From contig NIVC01000399.1 in assembly GCA_002269645.1 (NCBI GenBank), positions 62,001-126,000 of the forward strand: a stretch of DNA of 64,000 nucleotides, in the 5' to 3' direction. Positions 11,270-24,075 of this stretch are shown one piece after another. This DNA comes from Macrostomum lignano (Eukaryota). Position 1 is the first letter of the stretch. Each line of letters starts with the position of its first letter. Both the position numbers and the translations under genes were made by a program. The notes beneath the pieces are model-generated. The model saw only the letters and a list, made by a program, of their open reading frames with translations, did not search any database and was not told the DNA's origin.

Positions 11270-12505
11270 TGTGACCCTCTTTCTCACCCTCTTTCTCCCC
11301 CTCTTTCTCACCCTCTTTCTCACCCTCTTTCTCCCCTCTTTCTCCCCTCTTTCTCACCCTCTTTCTCACCCTCTTTCTCACCCTCTTTCTCACCCTCTTT
11401 CTCACCCTCTTTCTCACCCTCTTTCTCACCCTCTTTCTCACCCTCTTTCTCACCCTCTTTCTCACCCTCTTTCTCACCCTCTTTCTCACCCTCTTTCTCA
11501 CCCTCTTTCTCCCCCTCTTTCTCACCCTCTTTCTCACCCTCTTTCTCACCCTCTTTCTCACCCTCTTTCTCCCCCCCCTCTTTCTCACCCTCTTTCTCCC
11601 CCTCTTTCTCACCCTCTTTCTCACCCTCTTCTCACCCTCTTTCTCACCCTCTTTCTCACCCTCTTTCTCACCCTCTTTCTCACCCTCTTTCTCCCCTCTT
11701 TCTCACCCTCTTTCTCACCCTCTTTCTCACCCTCTTTCTCACCCTCTTTCTCCCCCCCCTCTTTCTCACCCTCTTTCTCCCCCTCTTTCTCACCCTCTTT
11801 CTCACCCTCTTTCTCACCCTCTTTCTCACCCTCTTTCTCACCCTCTTTCTCACCCTCTTTCTCACCCTCTTTCTCACCCTCTTTCTCACCCTCTTTCTCA
11901 CCCTCTTTCTCACCCTCTTTCTCACCCTCTTTCTCCCCCTCTTTCTCACCCTCTTTCTCACCCTCTTTCTCACCCTCTTTCTCACCCTCTTTCTCCCCCC
12001 CCTCTTTCTCACCCTCTTTCTCCCCCTCTTTCTCACCCTCTTTCTCACCCTCTTTCTCACCCTCTTTCTCACCCTCTTTCTCCCCCTCTTTCTCCCCCTC
12101 TTTCTCACCCTCTTTCTCCCCTCTTTCTCACCCTCTTTCTCACCCTCTTTCTCACCCTCTTTCTCACCCTCTTTCTCACCCTCTTTCTCACCCTCTTTCT
12201 CACCCTCTTTCTCACCCTCTTTCTCACCCTCTTTCTCACCCTCTTTCTCCCCCTCTTTCTCACCCTCTTTCTCACCCTCTTTCTCACCCTCTTTCTCCCC
12301 CTCTTTCTCACCCTCTTTCTCCCCCTCTTTCTCACCCTCTTTCTCCCCCTCTTTCTCACCCTCTTTCTCACCCTCTTTCTCACCCTCTTTCTCACCCTCT
12401 TTCTCACCCTCTTTCTCCCCTCTTTCTCACCCTCTTTCTCCCCCTCTTTCTCACCCTCTTTCTCACCCTCTTTCTCACCCTCTTTCTCACCCTCTTTCTC
12501 ACCCT
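11270..12505. repeat. 12-bp minisatellite (ctctttctcacc)
   Basis: Visible; purely explains the 443-aa ORF. Confidence 0.97.
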
Positions 12506-12904
12506 CAAGTTATTTTCAGCCTTTGCTAAAACTGTTTTTGTAGCTCAGTTCAGCTTTTCTGCTTAGCAAACAAAAATCATCAGAAAAAAAGACTTTGTTT
12601 AAACTTTCTTATAAAGCTTCAAAAATAGAAGCCGACGGCACATTGTACACTGAAATAACAGATAAAAAATCAGCAGGTATTATATTTTTGGCTTCTTGCC
12701 AGCATAAAAGTAGGTAAGGCAAAAGACTTTGTCAATAGTGAACTCATACAGAAGCTATTTTAGCACGTGATTCTTGCAGCGCAGCGATAAAACACTCGCT
12801 GATTTCGAAATTGCACTTGAAAAGTTTCTGCACTGTGAGAAAGTGCGATAAGAAATGGGTGCTTATTGAGAACTGATGGAGAAGAGAGCGGACTGGGGTT
12901 TGGA

Positions 12905-14090
12905 AAAGAAGCGGAAAAGGCAGCGGAGAAGAGAGCGGAGAAGAGAGCGGAGAAGAGAGCGGAGAAGAGAGCGGAGAAGAGAGCGGAGAAGAGAGCGGAG
13001 AAGAGAGCGGAGAAGAGAGCGGAGAAGAGAGCGGAGAAGGGAGCGGAGAAGAGAGCGGAGAAGAGTGCGGAGAAGAGAGCGGAGAAGAGAGCGGAGAAGA
13101 GAGCGGAGAAGGGAGAAGAGTGAGGAGAAGAGAGCGGAGAAGAGAGCGGAGAAGAGAGCAGAGAAGGGAGAAGAGTGCGGAGAAGAGAGCGGAGAAGAGT
13201 GCGGAGAAGAGTGCGGAGAAGAGAGCGGAGAAGGGAGAAGAGAGCAGAGAAGAGTGCGGAGAAGAGAGCGGAGAAGAGAGCGGAGAAGGGAGAAGAGTGA
13301 GGAGAAGAGTGCGGAGAAGAGAGCGGAGAAGGGAGAAGAGTGCGGAGAAGAAAGCGGAGAAGGGAGAAGAGTGAGGAGAAGAGTGCGGAGAAGAGAGCGG
13401 AGAAGGGAGAAGAGTGTGGAGAAGAGAGCGGAGAAGAGAGCGGAGAAGAGAGCGGAGAAGGGAGAAGAGAGCGGAGAAGAGAGCGGAGAAGGGAGAAGAG
13501 AGCGGAGAAGAGAGCGGAGAAGGGAGAAGAGAGCGGAGAAGAGAGCGGAGAAGAGAGCGGAGAAGAGAGCGGAGAAGGGAGAAGAGTGAGGAGAAGAGAG
13601 CGGAGAAGAGAGCGGAGAAGAGAGCGGAGAAGAGAGCGGAGAAGGGAGAAGAGTGAGGAGAAGAGAGTGGAGAAGAGAGCGGAGAAGAGAGCGGAGAAGA
13701 GTGCGGAGAAGAGAGCGGAGAAGAGAGCAGAGAAGAGTGCAGAGAAGAGTGCGGAGAAGAGAGCAAAGAAGGGAGAAGAGTGAGGAGAAGAGAGCGGAGA
13801 AGAGAGCGGAGAAGAGAGCGGAGAAGAGAGCGGAGAAGAGAGCGGAGAAGAGTGCGGAGAAGGGAGAAGAGTGAGGAGAAGAGAGCGGAGAAGAGAGCGG
13901 AGAAGAGAGCGGAGAAGAGAGCGGAGAAGAGAGCGGAGAAGAGAGCGGAGAAGAGAGAAGAGAAGAGTGCGGAGAAGAGTGCGGAGAAGAGAGCGGAGAA
14001 GAGAGCGGAGAAGAGAGCGGAGAAGAGAGCGGAGAAGAGTGCGGAGAAGAGAGCGGAGAAGAGAGCGAAGAAGGCAGCGGAGAAGGCAGT
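12905..14090. repeat. 12-bp minisatellite (gaagagagcgga)
   Basis: Visible. Confidence 0.97.
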
Positions 14091-14454
14091 AGATGCAAAA
14101 CCATGGGCTAAACCTATGCTTGGCAAATTTACAATGCAAAAAACTTAGTGCTGGCAAACTGGCATCACCCACCACGTGCTCGAGCGAGCAACTGTAGCCC
14201 TCAGCCGCCTGTACTCTGGAGCAAATACGGGCGTATGCGTGTTACCTTGGCATGAGAATACAATTTTCATTATTGATCCACGCACATCTAGGCACGCGCT
14301 GTTTCTATTTTTAGCTCCGACTGATGTGAAGCGTGCACGCGCTTGATGCATGATGGGGGTCTACAATGCTTCCAGTCTGCATAGCATTGAGAGTGCGGTA
14401 GAGGTTGGAGAGACTGGGGTGCGGTGTGTGACAGAAAATTGGGACAGATAAGTC

Positions 14455-15515
14455 ACATCAAAACCCATTCTGTCACCTCAGATCCCATTCTGTCACCTCA
14501 GATCCCATTCTGTCACCTCAGATCCCATTCTGTCACCTCAGAACCCATTCTGTCACCTCAAATCCCATTCTGTCACCTCAGATCCCATTCTGTCACCTCA
14601 GATCCCATTCTGTCACCTCAGATCCGATTCTGTCACCTCAGATCCCATTCTGTCACCTCAAAACCCATTCTGTCACCTCAAATCCCATTCTGTCACCTCA
14701 AATCCCATTCTGTCACCTCAAATTCCATTCTGTCACCTCAAATTCCATTCTGTCACCCTAAATCCCATTCTGTCACCTCAGATCCGATTCTGTCACCTCA
14801 GATCCCATTCTGTCACCTCAAAACCCATTCTGTCACCTCAGATCCCATTCTGTCACCTCAAAACCCATTCTGTCACCTCAAATCCCATTCTGTCACCTCA
14901 AATCCCATTCTGTCACCTCAAATTCCATTCTGTCACCTCAAATTCCATTCTGTCACCCTAAATCCCATTCTGTCACTTCAGATCCAATTCTGTCACTTCA
15001 GATCCCATTCTGTCACTTCAGATCCCATTCTGTCACCTCAAAACCCATTCTGTCACCTCAAAACCCATTCTGTCACCTCAAATCCCATTCTGTCACCTCA
15101 AATTCCATTCTGTCACCTCAAAACCCATTCTGTCACCTCAAAACCCATTCTGTCACCTCAAATCCCATTCTGTCACCTCAAATTCCATTCTGTCACCTCA
15201 AATTCCATTCTGTCACCCTAAATCCCATTCTGTCACTTCAGATCCCATTCTGTCACCTCAAATTCCATTCTGTGACCTCAAAACCCATTCTGTCACCTCA
15301 GATTTCATTCTGTCACTTCAGATCCCATTCTGTCACTTCAGATCCCATTCTGTCACCTCAGATCCCATTCTGTCACCTCAAAACCCATTCTGTCACCTCA
15401 GATCCCATTCTGTCACCTCAGATCCCATTCTGTCACCTCAGATCCCACTTCAGATCCCATTCTGTCACCTCAGATCCCACTTCAGATCCCATTCTGTCAC
15501 CTCAAATCCCATTCT
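14455..15515. repeat. 20-bp minisatellite (cccattctgtcacctcagat)
   Basis: Visible; runs into the TRPC acceptor at 15517. Confidence 0.97.
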
Positions 15516-15517
15516 AG

Positions 15518-15846
15518 CCAAACTCAGACGCCGCGGGAGCAAGCGATCAATGCAGAGCCGCAGATTCGGTCGCTTCGGAGGCTCAGGCCCCTCTTCAACA
15601 GTTTCCAATGCTTCAATTGGCACCAGCTTGGAGTCCCAACAGCCACCGCTGCAGCCTCCGCAGCCTCCAGTGCAGCAACCGCATCTCCAGAAAGAGGAGG
15701 TGACCCTGAATCCCAGCCGGCTAGCGTACACTTCGCTCGAGCCCATTGCCAATAAAAAAGTTTCATTTAGCTGGTCCTCGGACGCGGAACCAGCTGTGGA
15801 CAGCGGCGGGACCACAGGTGGAGTTCAGCGAAGCGACCTGGTGTGA
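15518..15846 (+). CDS. TRPC-like channel, terminal coding exon (TKLRRRGSKRSMQSRRFG...QRSDLV*)
   Basis: Acceptor cccattctag at 15517. The phase-1 junction from 10181 lands in the frame of ORF 15550-15846. The KLRRR.S..R basic stretch is typical of invertebrate TRP tails. Confidence 0.8.
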
Positions 15847-15899
15847 AAAGTAGCGTAATAAATCCCCCGTGATTAGCCGTTGAGTACTTGTACGTATTC

Positions 15900-18230
15900 G
15901 CCACACTAAATAGCGCCACACTAAATAGCGCCACACTAAATAGCGCCACACTAAATAGAGCGACACTAAATAGCGCCACACTAAATAGCACCACACTAAA
16001 TAGCGCCACACTAAATAGCGCCACACTAAATAGCGCCACACTAAATAGAGCAACACTAAATAGCGCCACACCGAATAGCGCCACACTAAATAGCGCCACA
16101 CTAAATAGAGCAACACTAAATAGCGCCACACCGAATAGCGCCACACTAAATAGCGCCACACTAAATAGAGCAACACTAAATAGCGCCACACCGAATAGCG
16201 CCACACTAAATAGCGCCACACTAAATAGCGCCACACTAAATAGCGCCACACTAAATAGCGCCACACTAAATAGCGCGACACTAAATAGCGCCACACCGAA
16301 TAGCACCACACTAAATAGCACCACACTAAATAGCACCACACTAAATAGCACCACACTAAATAACACCATCTATGAAATAGCTCCACACTAAATAGCGCGA
16401 CACTAAATAGCGCCACACCGAATAGCGCCACACTAAATAGCACCACACTAAATAGCGCCACACTAAATAGAGCAACACTAAATAGCGCCACACTAAATAG
16501 CGCCACACTAAATAGCGCCACACTAAATAGAGCAACACTAAATAGCGCCACACCGAATAGCGCCACACTAAATAGCGCCACACTAAATAGAGCAACACTA
16601 AATAGCGCAACACCGAATAGCGCCACACTAAATAGCGCCACACTAAATAGAGCAACACTAAATAGCGCCATCCGAATAGCGCCACACTAAATAGCGCCAC
16701 ACTAAATAGCACCACACTAAATAGCGCCATCTATGAAATAGCACCACACTAAATAGCACCACACTAAATAGCGCCACACTAAATAGCGCCACACTAAATA
16801 GCGCGACACTAAATAGCGCCACACCGAATAGCGCCACACTAAATAGCACCACACTAAATAGCACCACACTAAATAGCGCCATCTATGAAATAGCACCACA
16901 CTAAATAGCACCATCTATGAAATAGCACCACACTAAATAGCACCACACTAAATAGCGCCACACTAAATAGCGCCACACTAAATAGCGCCACACTAAATAG
17001 AGCCACACTAAATAGCGCCACACTAAATAGCACCACACTAAATAGAGCCACACTAAATAGCACCACACTAAATAGCACCACACTAAATAGCGCCATCTAT
17101 GAAATAGCGCCACACTAAATAGCGCCACACTAAATAGCGCCACACTAAATAGCGCCACATTAAATAGCGCCACACTAAATAGCGCGACACTAAATAGCGC
17201 CACACTAAATAGCGCCATCTATGAAATAGCGCCACACTAAATAGCGCCACACTAAATAGCGCCACACTAAATAGCACCACACTAAATAGCGCCATCTATG
17301 AAATAGCACCACACTAAATAGCGCCATCTATGAAATAGCACCACACTAAATAGCACCATCTATGAAATAGCACCACACTAAATAGCACCACACTAAATAG
17401 CGCCACACTAAATAGCGCCACACTAAATAGCGCCACACTAAATAGAGCCACACTAAATAGCGCCACACTAAATAGCACCACACTAAATAGAGCCACACTA
17501 AATAGCACCACACTAAATAGCACCACACTAAATAGCGCCATCTATGAAATAGCGCCACACTAAATAGCGCCACACTAAATAGCGCCACACTAAATAGCGC
17601 CACATTAAATAGCGCCACACTAAATAGCGCGACACTAAATAGCGCCACACTAAATAGCGCCATCTATGAAATAGCGCCACACTAAATAGCGCCACACTAA
17701 ATAGCGCCACACTAAATAGCGCCATCTATGAAATAGCTCCACACTAAATAGCACCACACTAAATAGCACCACACTAAATAGCGCCATCTATGAAATAGCG
17801 CCACACTAAATAGCGCCACACTAAATAGCGCCACACTAAATAGCGCCACATTAAATAGCGCCACACTAAATAGCGCGACACTAAATAGCGCCACACTAAA
17901 TAGCGCCATCTATGAAATAGCGCCACACTAAATAGCGCCACACTAAATAGCGCCACACTAAATAGCACCACACTAAATAGCACCACACTAAATAGCACCA
18001 TCTATGAAATAGCGCCACACTAAATAGCGCCACACTAAATAGCGCCACATTAAATAGCGCCACACTAAATAGCGCCACACTAAATAGCGCCACACTAAAT
18101 AGCGCCACACTAAATAGCGCCACACTAAATAGAGCCACACTAAATAGCACCACACTAAATAGCACCACACTAAATAGCGCCACACCAAATAGCATCATCC
18201 ATGAAGTAGCGCAATCCATGAAATAGCGCC
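15900..18230. repeat. 15-bp minisatellite (ccacactaaatagcg) with gcgccatctatg variants
   Basis: Visible. A 445-bp internal duplication is shown by identical ORFs at 16869 and 17314. Confidence 0.97.
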
Positions 18231-18764
18231 AGCCAGTTAAGGATGAGCAACTTTATTCACTCGTTATACAACTTTTAGCTTTTGCTTTTAAAAACGTTAC
18301 CATGTTACCATAGTTACCGTAGTTACCATAGTTACCGTAGAATTACCATAGTCGCAAAAGACACGCCCCGGCACACACACAAACCAGTGTACATAATTTA
18401 AAGAATTAGTTATACAAGCTACAGATTTTTTTCTATTCAGAAAGACTGATTAAAATGCGTTTTACAGTATAGAGCGAGGCGTCTGATAACTTGGTAATTG
18501 TCTTACTAATAATTATTTTATCTTTTATCTATATATAGGGATATGTACTAGAGTGAGATTAGAAAATTTTCTTAGTGCATTGTGCGCCAATTACTTAACA
18601 GAATCGACCACGTGACACTTGCGAACTGCGTCACTTTACTAATGAGCTGATTGTACCTGCTTCTTGCGTTCTGTCTGTGCTTAGCCGTGTGATTAGTTTT
18701 ACAGGTATTTGCTCTTGTCCTGTGTCAGTGCACCTAGCTCTGCACTCATTCACTAATGACCCTT

Positions 18765-19940
18765 TCTCTTTTCCCTTCTCCGCTCTCTCCTCCGCTCTGT
18801 CCTCCGCCCCCTTCTCTTTTCCCTTCTCCGCTCTCTCCTCCGCTCTGTCCTCCGCCCCTTCTCTTTTCACTTCTCCGCTCTCTCGTCCGCTCTCTTCTCC
18901 GCCCCCTTCTCTTCTCCCTTCTCCGCTCTCTCCTCCGTCTCCTCCGCCCCTTCTCTTTTCCCTTCTCCGCTCTCTCCTCCGCTCTCTCCTCCGCCCCTTC
19001 TCTTTTCCCTTCTCCGCTCTCTCGTCCGCTCTCTTCTCCGCCCCTTCTCTTCTCCCTTCTCCGCTCTCTCCTCCGCTCTCTCCTCCGCTCTCTCCTCCGC
19101 CCCTTCTCTTCTCCCTTCTCCGCTCTCTCCTCCGCTGCCTTCTCCGCTCTCTCCTCCGCTCTCTCCTCCGCTCTCTCCTCCGCTCTCTCATCCGCCCCTT
19201 CTCTTCTCCCTTCTCCGCTCTCTCGTCCGCTGCCTTCTCTTTTCCCTTCTCCGCTCTCTCGTCCGCTGCCTTCTCTTTTCTCTTCTTCGTTCTCTCCTCC
19301 GCTCTCTTCTCCGCCCCTTCTCTTCTCCCTTCTCCGCTCTCTCGTCCGCTCTCTTCTCCGCCCCCTTCTCTTCTCCCTTCTCCGCTCTCTCCTCCGCTCT
19401 CTCCTCCGCTCTCTCCTCCGCCCCTTCTCTTCTCCCTTCTCCGCTCTCTCCTCCGCTGCCTTCTCCGCTCTCTCCTCCGCTCTCTCCTCCGCTCTCTCCT
19501 CCGCTCTCTCCTCCGCCCCTTCTCTTCTCCCTTCTCCGCTCTCTCCTCCGCTGCCTTCTCTTCCTCATCCGCGCTCTACTCCGCTTCCTTTTCCAAACAC
19601 TTCTCTTCTCCCTTCTCCGCTCTCTCGTCCGCTCTCTTCTCCGCCCCCTTCTCTTCTCCCTTCTCCGCTCTCTCCTCCGCTCTCTCCTCCGCTCTCTCCT
19701 CCGCCCCTTCTCTTCTCCCTTCTCCGCTCTCTCCTCCGCTGCCTTCTCCGCTCTCTCCTCCGCTCTCTCCTCCGCTCTCTCCTCCGCTCTCTCCTCCGCC
19801 CCTTCTCTTCTCCCTTCTCCGCTCTCTCCTCCGCTGCCTTCTCTTCCTCATCCGCGCTCTACTCCGCTTCCTTTTCCAAACACTTCTCTTCTCCCTTCTC
19901 CGCTCCCCTCTCTGCTCTTTCTCTACTCTCTTCTCCGCTG
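18765..19940. repeat. 12-bp-based minisatellite (ctctcctccgct / cttctccgctct)
   Basis: Visible; reverse complement of the 12905-14090 family. Confidence 0.95.
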
Positions 19941-20904
19941 CCTTGTGACTGTAGAGTACGAAGCATACATAGTTATTATTTTCAATAATATATGTATTGT
20001 TCAAAAGTAAGTTTATTTGCACAACTCCTTGCGTACGTGTACTCTCCCAGACTCTCTGGAAACACTTGGCTGCGAACATGCCTCATCTGTACCGCTCGTA
20101 AACGCTTCAACTGCCTTAGCTTTTTGTCAGTGTGTCCAGCCTCTCAACTCCATCTGCTGTCCCTTTCTCACAAGTTATACAATACAGTCACAGAAAGCTT
20201 TCAATTATACAACGAAATAAATAAAATAAACAGCATTCGATTTATAAAATCGATATTTTATTTTTACAAAATAATTCCCATCGTTCAATAATATATATTT
20301 TTCAATAATTGTGATTGTGTATACCCATGCGTGTTTGTGCGCGCTTATCATTAATATTTTGAGCACATTCCACTTTCTGTAAGACAGAATTTCAAATCTG
20401 ATTTAGCATTGAATGCTTCCATACGGAAAAATGTACAGAAGATCAGAAAATCAAATTAATATTTACAATGATTGCGAAAAATCTTGGTTGGTACAGCGGG
20501 CATAGAATGGAAAAAATAGATCAATTAATTTCTTTAAACAACCAGGCAGACTTGATGAATGAGCAACAAGTCGAAGATGAAATTGTGCACAAGACTGGAA
20601 AAGTTACGGTGCCAAGCAGTGAATGAACTGAAAAAATGGCAACATGACTATTAATAATACAACATGAGCAATAAAATTAGGGCCTCCATGAATGAACTGA
20701 CTGGGTTTGAGTGTGAGACTGGTAAGGGAGCTTCATCATTGATTTCTGAGGTAGCTCTGGGCTTGCATGCAGTTCAAGACGCTCAGAAATTCCAACGTAA
20801 GATACGATAAGCACTTGACTGAGGACACAGAATGAAACAGGCTGCCTGCATTGGCTTGATTTACAGGCAAACAGACGGTGAAACAGAATGCTTTATACAG
20901 CAAG

Positions 20905-21160
<256 letters not shown>

Positions 21161-21196
21161 ACACCGAGCCAGCTGAGGTCAGGGTTGCACAGTCAG

Positions 21197-21835
21197 TCAG
21201 TGCAGCAGCACGATACAGGCGGACACCTCCTCGTTCTCCCAGTCGGCCTCGTTAAAGCCGGCCGCCGAGTCCCTGTGCCCGCAGCTCTCGGCCAGCTGCA
21301 CCAAAGTGGCCGCAAGATTTTCTCCGCTAGGATTCGAACCCTGGGACTGCGCCGCCAACAGCTGGCCGCCAACGCAGGCCACCGCCTGCTGGGGAGACAG
21401 CCGGTCCCACAGGCCGGGGCTTCCCAGGATGATAAAGCGGTCGGCGGCCGGGTCGATGCCCACCTCGATCACTTCCGGTCTGGCGGTCAGGTAGGGCGGC
21501 GTCTCGCAGCTCGGTGGCGACTGGCCGGCTGGCCAAGAAGTCCAAGAGTTCAGGCGCTCCTTCGGCCACTTCAACTGCACCAGGCCGAAGGCTCTGAGCG
21601 CCTCCATGCGGCCGAGGAGGCGGTTGCCGGCGAACACGGAGCCGCGCTCGGATGCCGGGTGCTCGGCCAGAACTCGTCGAACTTCCCGACCATTCTCAAT
21701 GGTCTGCTGGGCGAGCGGCTGCCGCCATCGCCAGGCCGTCTGGACATTGTTGACGCTGTCAGTGCCATCTTCGGCGTCGGAGGCAGCGGCGATGGCAGCA
21801 CTTCGAGAGCCAATCACGGCAGCGCTGTTGCCGAT
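21197..21835 (-). CDS. PDP-like PP2C, terminal exon (IGNSAAVIG...RLLGRMEALRAFGLVQLKW...TPPYLTARPEV...IILGSPGLWD...EEVSACIVLLH*)
   Basis: RLLG..P.RAFGD..FKW and TPPYLTAEPEV are diagnostic of pyruvate dehydrogenase phosphatase. Acceptor tttcag at 21836; 639 nt, phase 0. Confidence 0.9.
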   Translation of the reverse strand: MGNSAAVIGSRSAAIAAASDAEDGTDSVNNVQTAWRWRQPLAQQTIENGREVRRVLAEHPASERGSVFAGNRLLGRMEALRAFGLVQLKWPKERLNSWTSWPAGQSPPSCETPPYLTARPEVIEVGIDPAADRFIILGSPGLWDRLSPQQAVACVGGQLLAAQSQGSNPSGENLAATLVQLAESCGHRDSAAGFNEADWENEEVSACIVLLH

Positions 21836-21944
21836 CTGAAATTGTTCAATATCGTATCATTTTTCTCTAATCTGCCGATATTTTGGGTAAATAACTTTCT
21901 ATGATGATATTTATAATCTGGAAGTTGTCAAATAAGTAAAATAA

Positions 21945-22285
21945 CTACTATCTACCGATATGTAGCGATAGTAAGTTTTTATAATCAGATTTCTAAATTC
22001 CAACAGTGTTAATAATATTTATTGGACTCTTATCTACCGATATGTAGCGATAGTTTTTTATAATCATATTTCTAAATTCCAACAGTGTTAATAATATTTA
22101 ATGGACTCTTATCTACCGACATGTAGCAATACCAAGTTTTTTTAATGAGATTTTTAAATTCCAACAGTTTTTAATTTATAAAGGATTCCTATCTACCGAT
22201 ATGTAGCGATAGTAAGTTTTATAATGAGATTTTTTAATTTCAACAATTTTTAATGCATAAAAGATTTCTATCTACCGATATGAAG
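21945..22285. repeat. Diverged ~80-bp AT-rich tandem repeat
   Basis: tctaccga recurs at about 21951, 22033, 22112, 22192, 22271. Confidence 0.85.
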
Positions 22286-22328
22286 TGTTTAATAACTTTA
22301 CTCAGCCAATTTAGTCAAAAATCTTTAC

Positions 22329-23330
22329 CTGCATCAAGCAGCACCGGCTCCCGTCGCCAGAGATCAGACAGGCGGATCCCACGGCACCCGTGGTGGCTGC
22401 CCGCAGAGTCCAGGCCGACTGCCCAGCCGCGCCGCACAGATCCGCATCCAGCCTGATCATGGCCTGGCACAGTCGGTCCGCAGTTGTGCAATCGGCGTCG
22501 GGCTGGGAATTTGCCGCCCGCAGCAGCCTGTCGGTCAGCCAGTCGGCCTTGGCCATGGAGACCAGGTCCTCGGGCACGAACTGGCCGCTGCCGGGCCGCC
22601 GAAGGGACACCGCCGGGACGTCCGCGTTGCCATCGACGGCAGCAGCGTCTTCGCCCGGACTGTGACTATTACTGCAGCAGTCCTCGTTGTCGCTCCAGTC
22701 GAACTGTCTGAGCAGACTTCTCCGAGCGTCGCGAGCTTCAATCGGCGAATTTGAAGCCAACTCGGCCGCGGCGTAGTCCGCCGCCAGAGCCGCCACCGCC
22801 GCGGCGCACTGCCGACCGCCGACGCCGACAAATAGACCGGCGAATGTCGATGAGCTTCGGGTCAGTCTGGCCGCTGTCCATTCCGATGAGGCAACGGAGT
22901 CTGGGGAGACGCTGCCGCCCGACGCTGCTGGCCGGCAGGCCGAGTGCACCCTGCCGCAGTCGGTGGTCTCCTGCTGAATCGGCAAGCCGACAGGCGGCCA
23001 TCTGGGAGCCGCCGACATGGGCGACGGTGGCGAAGCTGACGGAGAGCCGTTTGGGGTGCAGCTCTTCGCCAGAGCCGGGCAGTGGCTGTCATTGCTGCTT
23101 CCAGAAGCAGTAGCGTTAGCCGAATTAGTGAGGACGCGGTGCTGGCTGATGCAGTTCTGCGGTAGAGACTGGGCTCGAGTCCTGCTGCTCGGCTTTGAGC
23201 AGTCTGAGGGTCGGGCCCTGGCTGCTGCCGGTGAGTTGGGCTCCGTAGCTGGTCCGCTCTGCTCCTGCTTCTGCTGCTGGTTGTAACTGCGGCCTTTTTG
23301 ACAATTGACAGGTTGATGGGCGTTGGAAGG
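22329..23330 (-). CDS. PDP-like PP2C (probable pseudophosphatase), large exon; 5' boundary uncertain (first in-frame ATG at 23018)
   Basis: AGLFVGVGGRQCAAAV aligns to PDP LGVFDGHAGCACSQAV, and RLDADL...TGAVGSACLI to RLDNDI...SGATACVAHV. Donor CAG|gtaaag at 22328; frame open to the AG at 23331-23332. Confidence 0.8.
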
Positions 23331-23434
23331 CTAATTGAATGTTTTCAGGTTGAGATATTCAGTTTCAAAACCTTTCACTATTTATTCTAGGAACTAAGCA
23401 TGTTCTCTATAGTCATTGTACGAGCTATTCTTCG

Positions 23435-24075
23435 ACCTTCCAATCCTACCTATCTACTTTCCACTCTACCTTTCTACCTTCCAATCTACCTATCTACTTT
23501 CCACTCTACCTTTCTACCTTCCAATCTACCTATCTACTTTCCACTCTACCTTTCTACCTTCCAATCTACCTATCTACTTTCCACTCTACCTTTCTACCTT
23601 CCAATCTACCTATCTACTTTCCACTCTACCTTTCTACCTTCCAATCTACCTATCTACTTTCCACTCTACCTTTCTACCTTCCAATCTACTTCTCTACTTT
23701 CCACTCTACCTATCTACTTTCAACTCTACCTTTCTACCTTCCAATCTACCTATCTACTTTACACTCTACCTTTCTACCTTCCAATCTACCTATCTACTTT
23801 CCACTCTACCTTTCTACCTTCCAATCTACTTCTCTACTTTCCAATCTACCTATCTACTTTCAACTCTACCTTTCTACCTTCCAATCTACCTATCTACTTT
23901 CCACTCTACCTTTCTACCTTCCAATCTACCTATCTACTTTCCACTCTACCTTTCTACCTTCCAATCTACCTATCTACTTTTCACTCTACCTCTCTATCTT
24001 CCAATCTACTTCTCGATCTATCTTCCACTCTACCTCTCTCTCTACCTCCCACTCTACCTTTCTCTCTACCTCCCA
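23435..24075. repeat. 40-bp minisatellite (ccaatctacctatctactttccactctacctttctacctt)
   Basis: Visible. Confidence 0.95.

Noticed and set aside
11235-14175. 400-470-aa low-complexity ORFs on both strands (also 18631-20079, 38814-40067, 58970-62345)
   Set aside because: All coincide with micro- or minisatellites lacking stop codons.
14149-14232. Possible 84-nt phase 1-1 cassette exon in the TRPC last intron
   Set aside because: The acceptor (aaaaaacttag) has no pyrimidine tract and the peptide has no recognisable similarity; plausible by chance.
22720-22775. ELASNSPIEARDARR resembles the PDP N-terminal motif QLAANSPVEDRR but lies after the FDGH-equivalent, hinting at permutation
   Set aside because: Flanking sequence aligns collinearly with PDP without it; best treated as coincidence.
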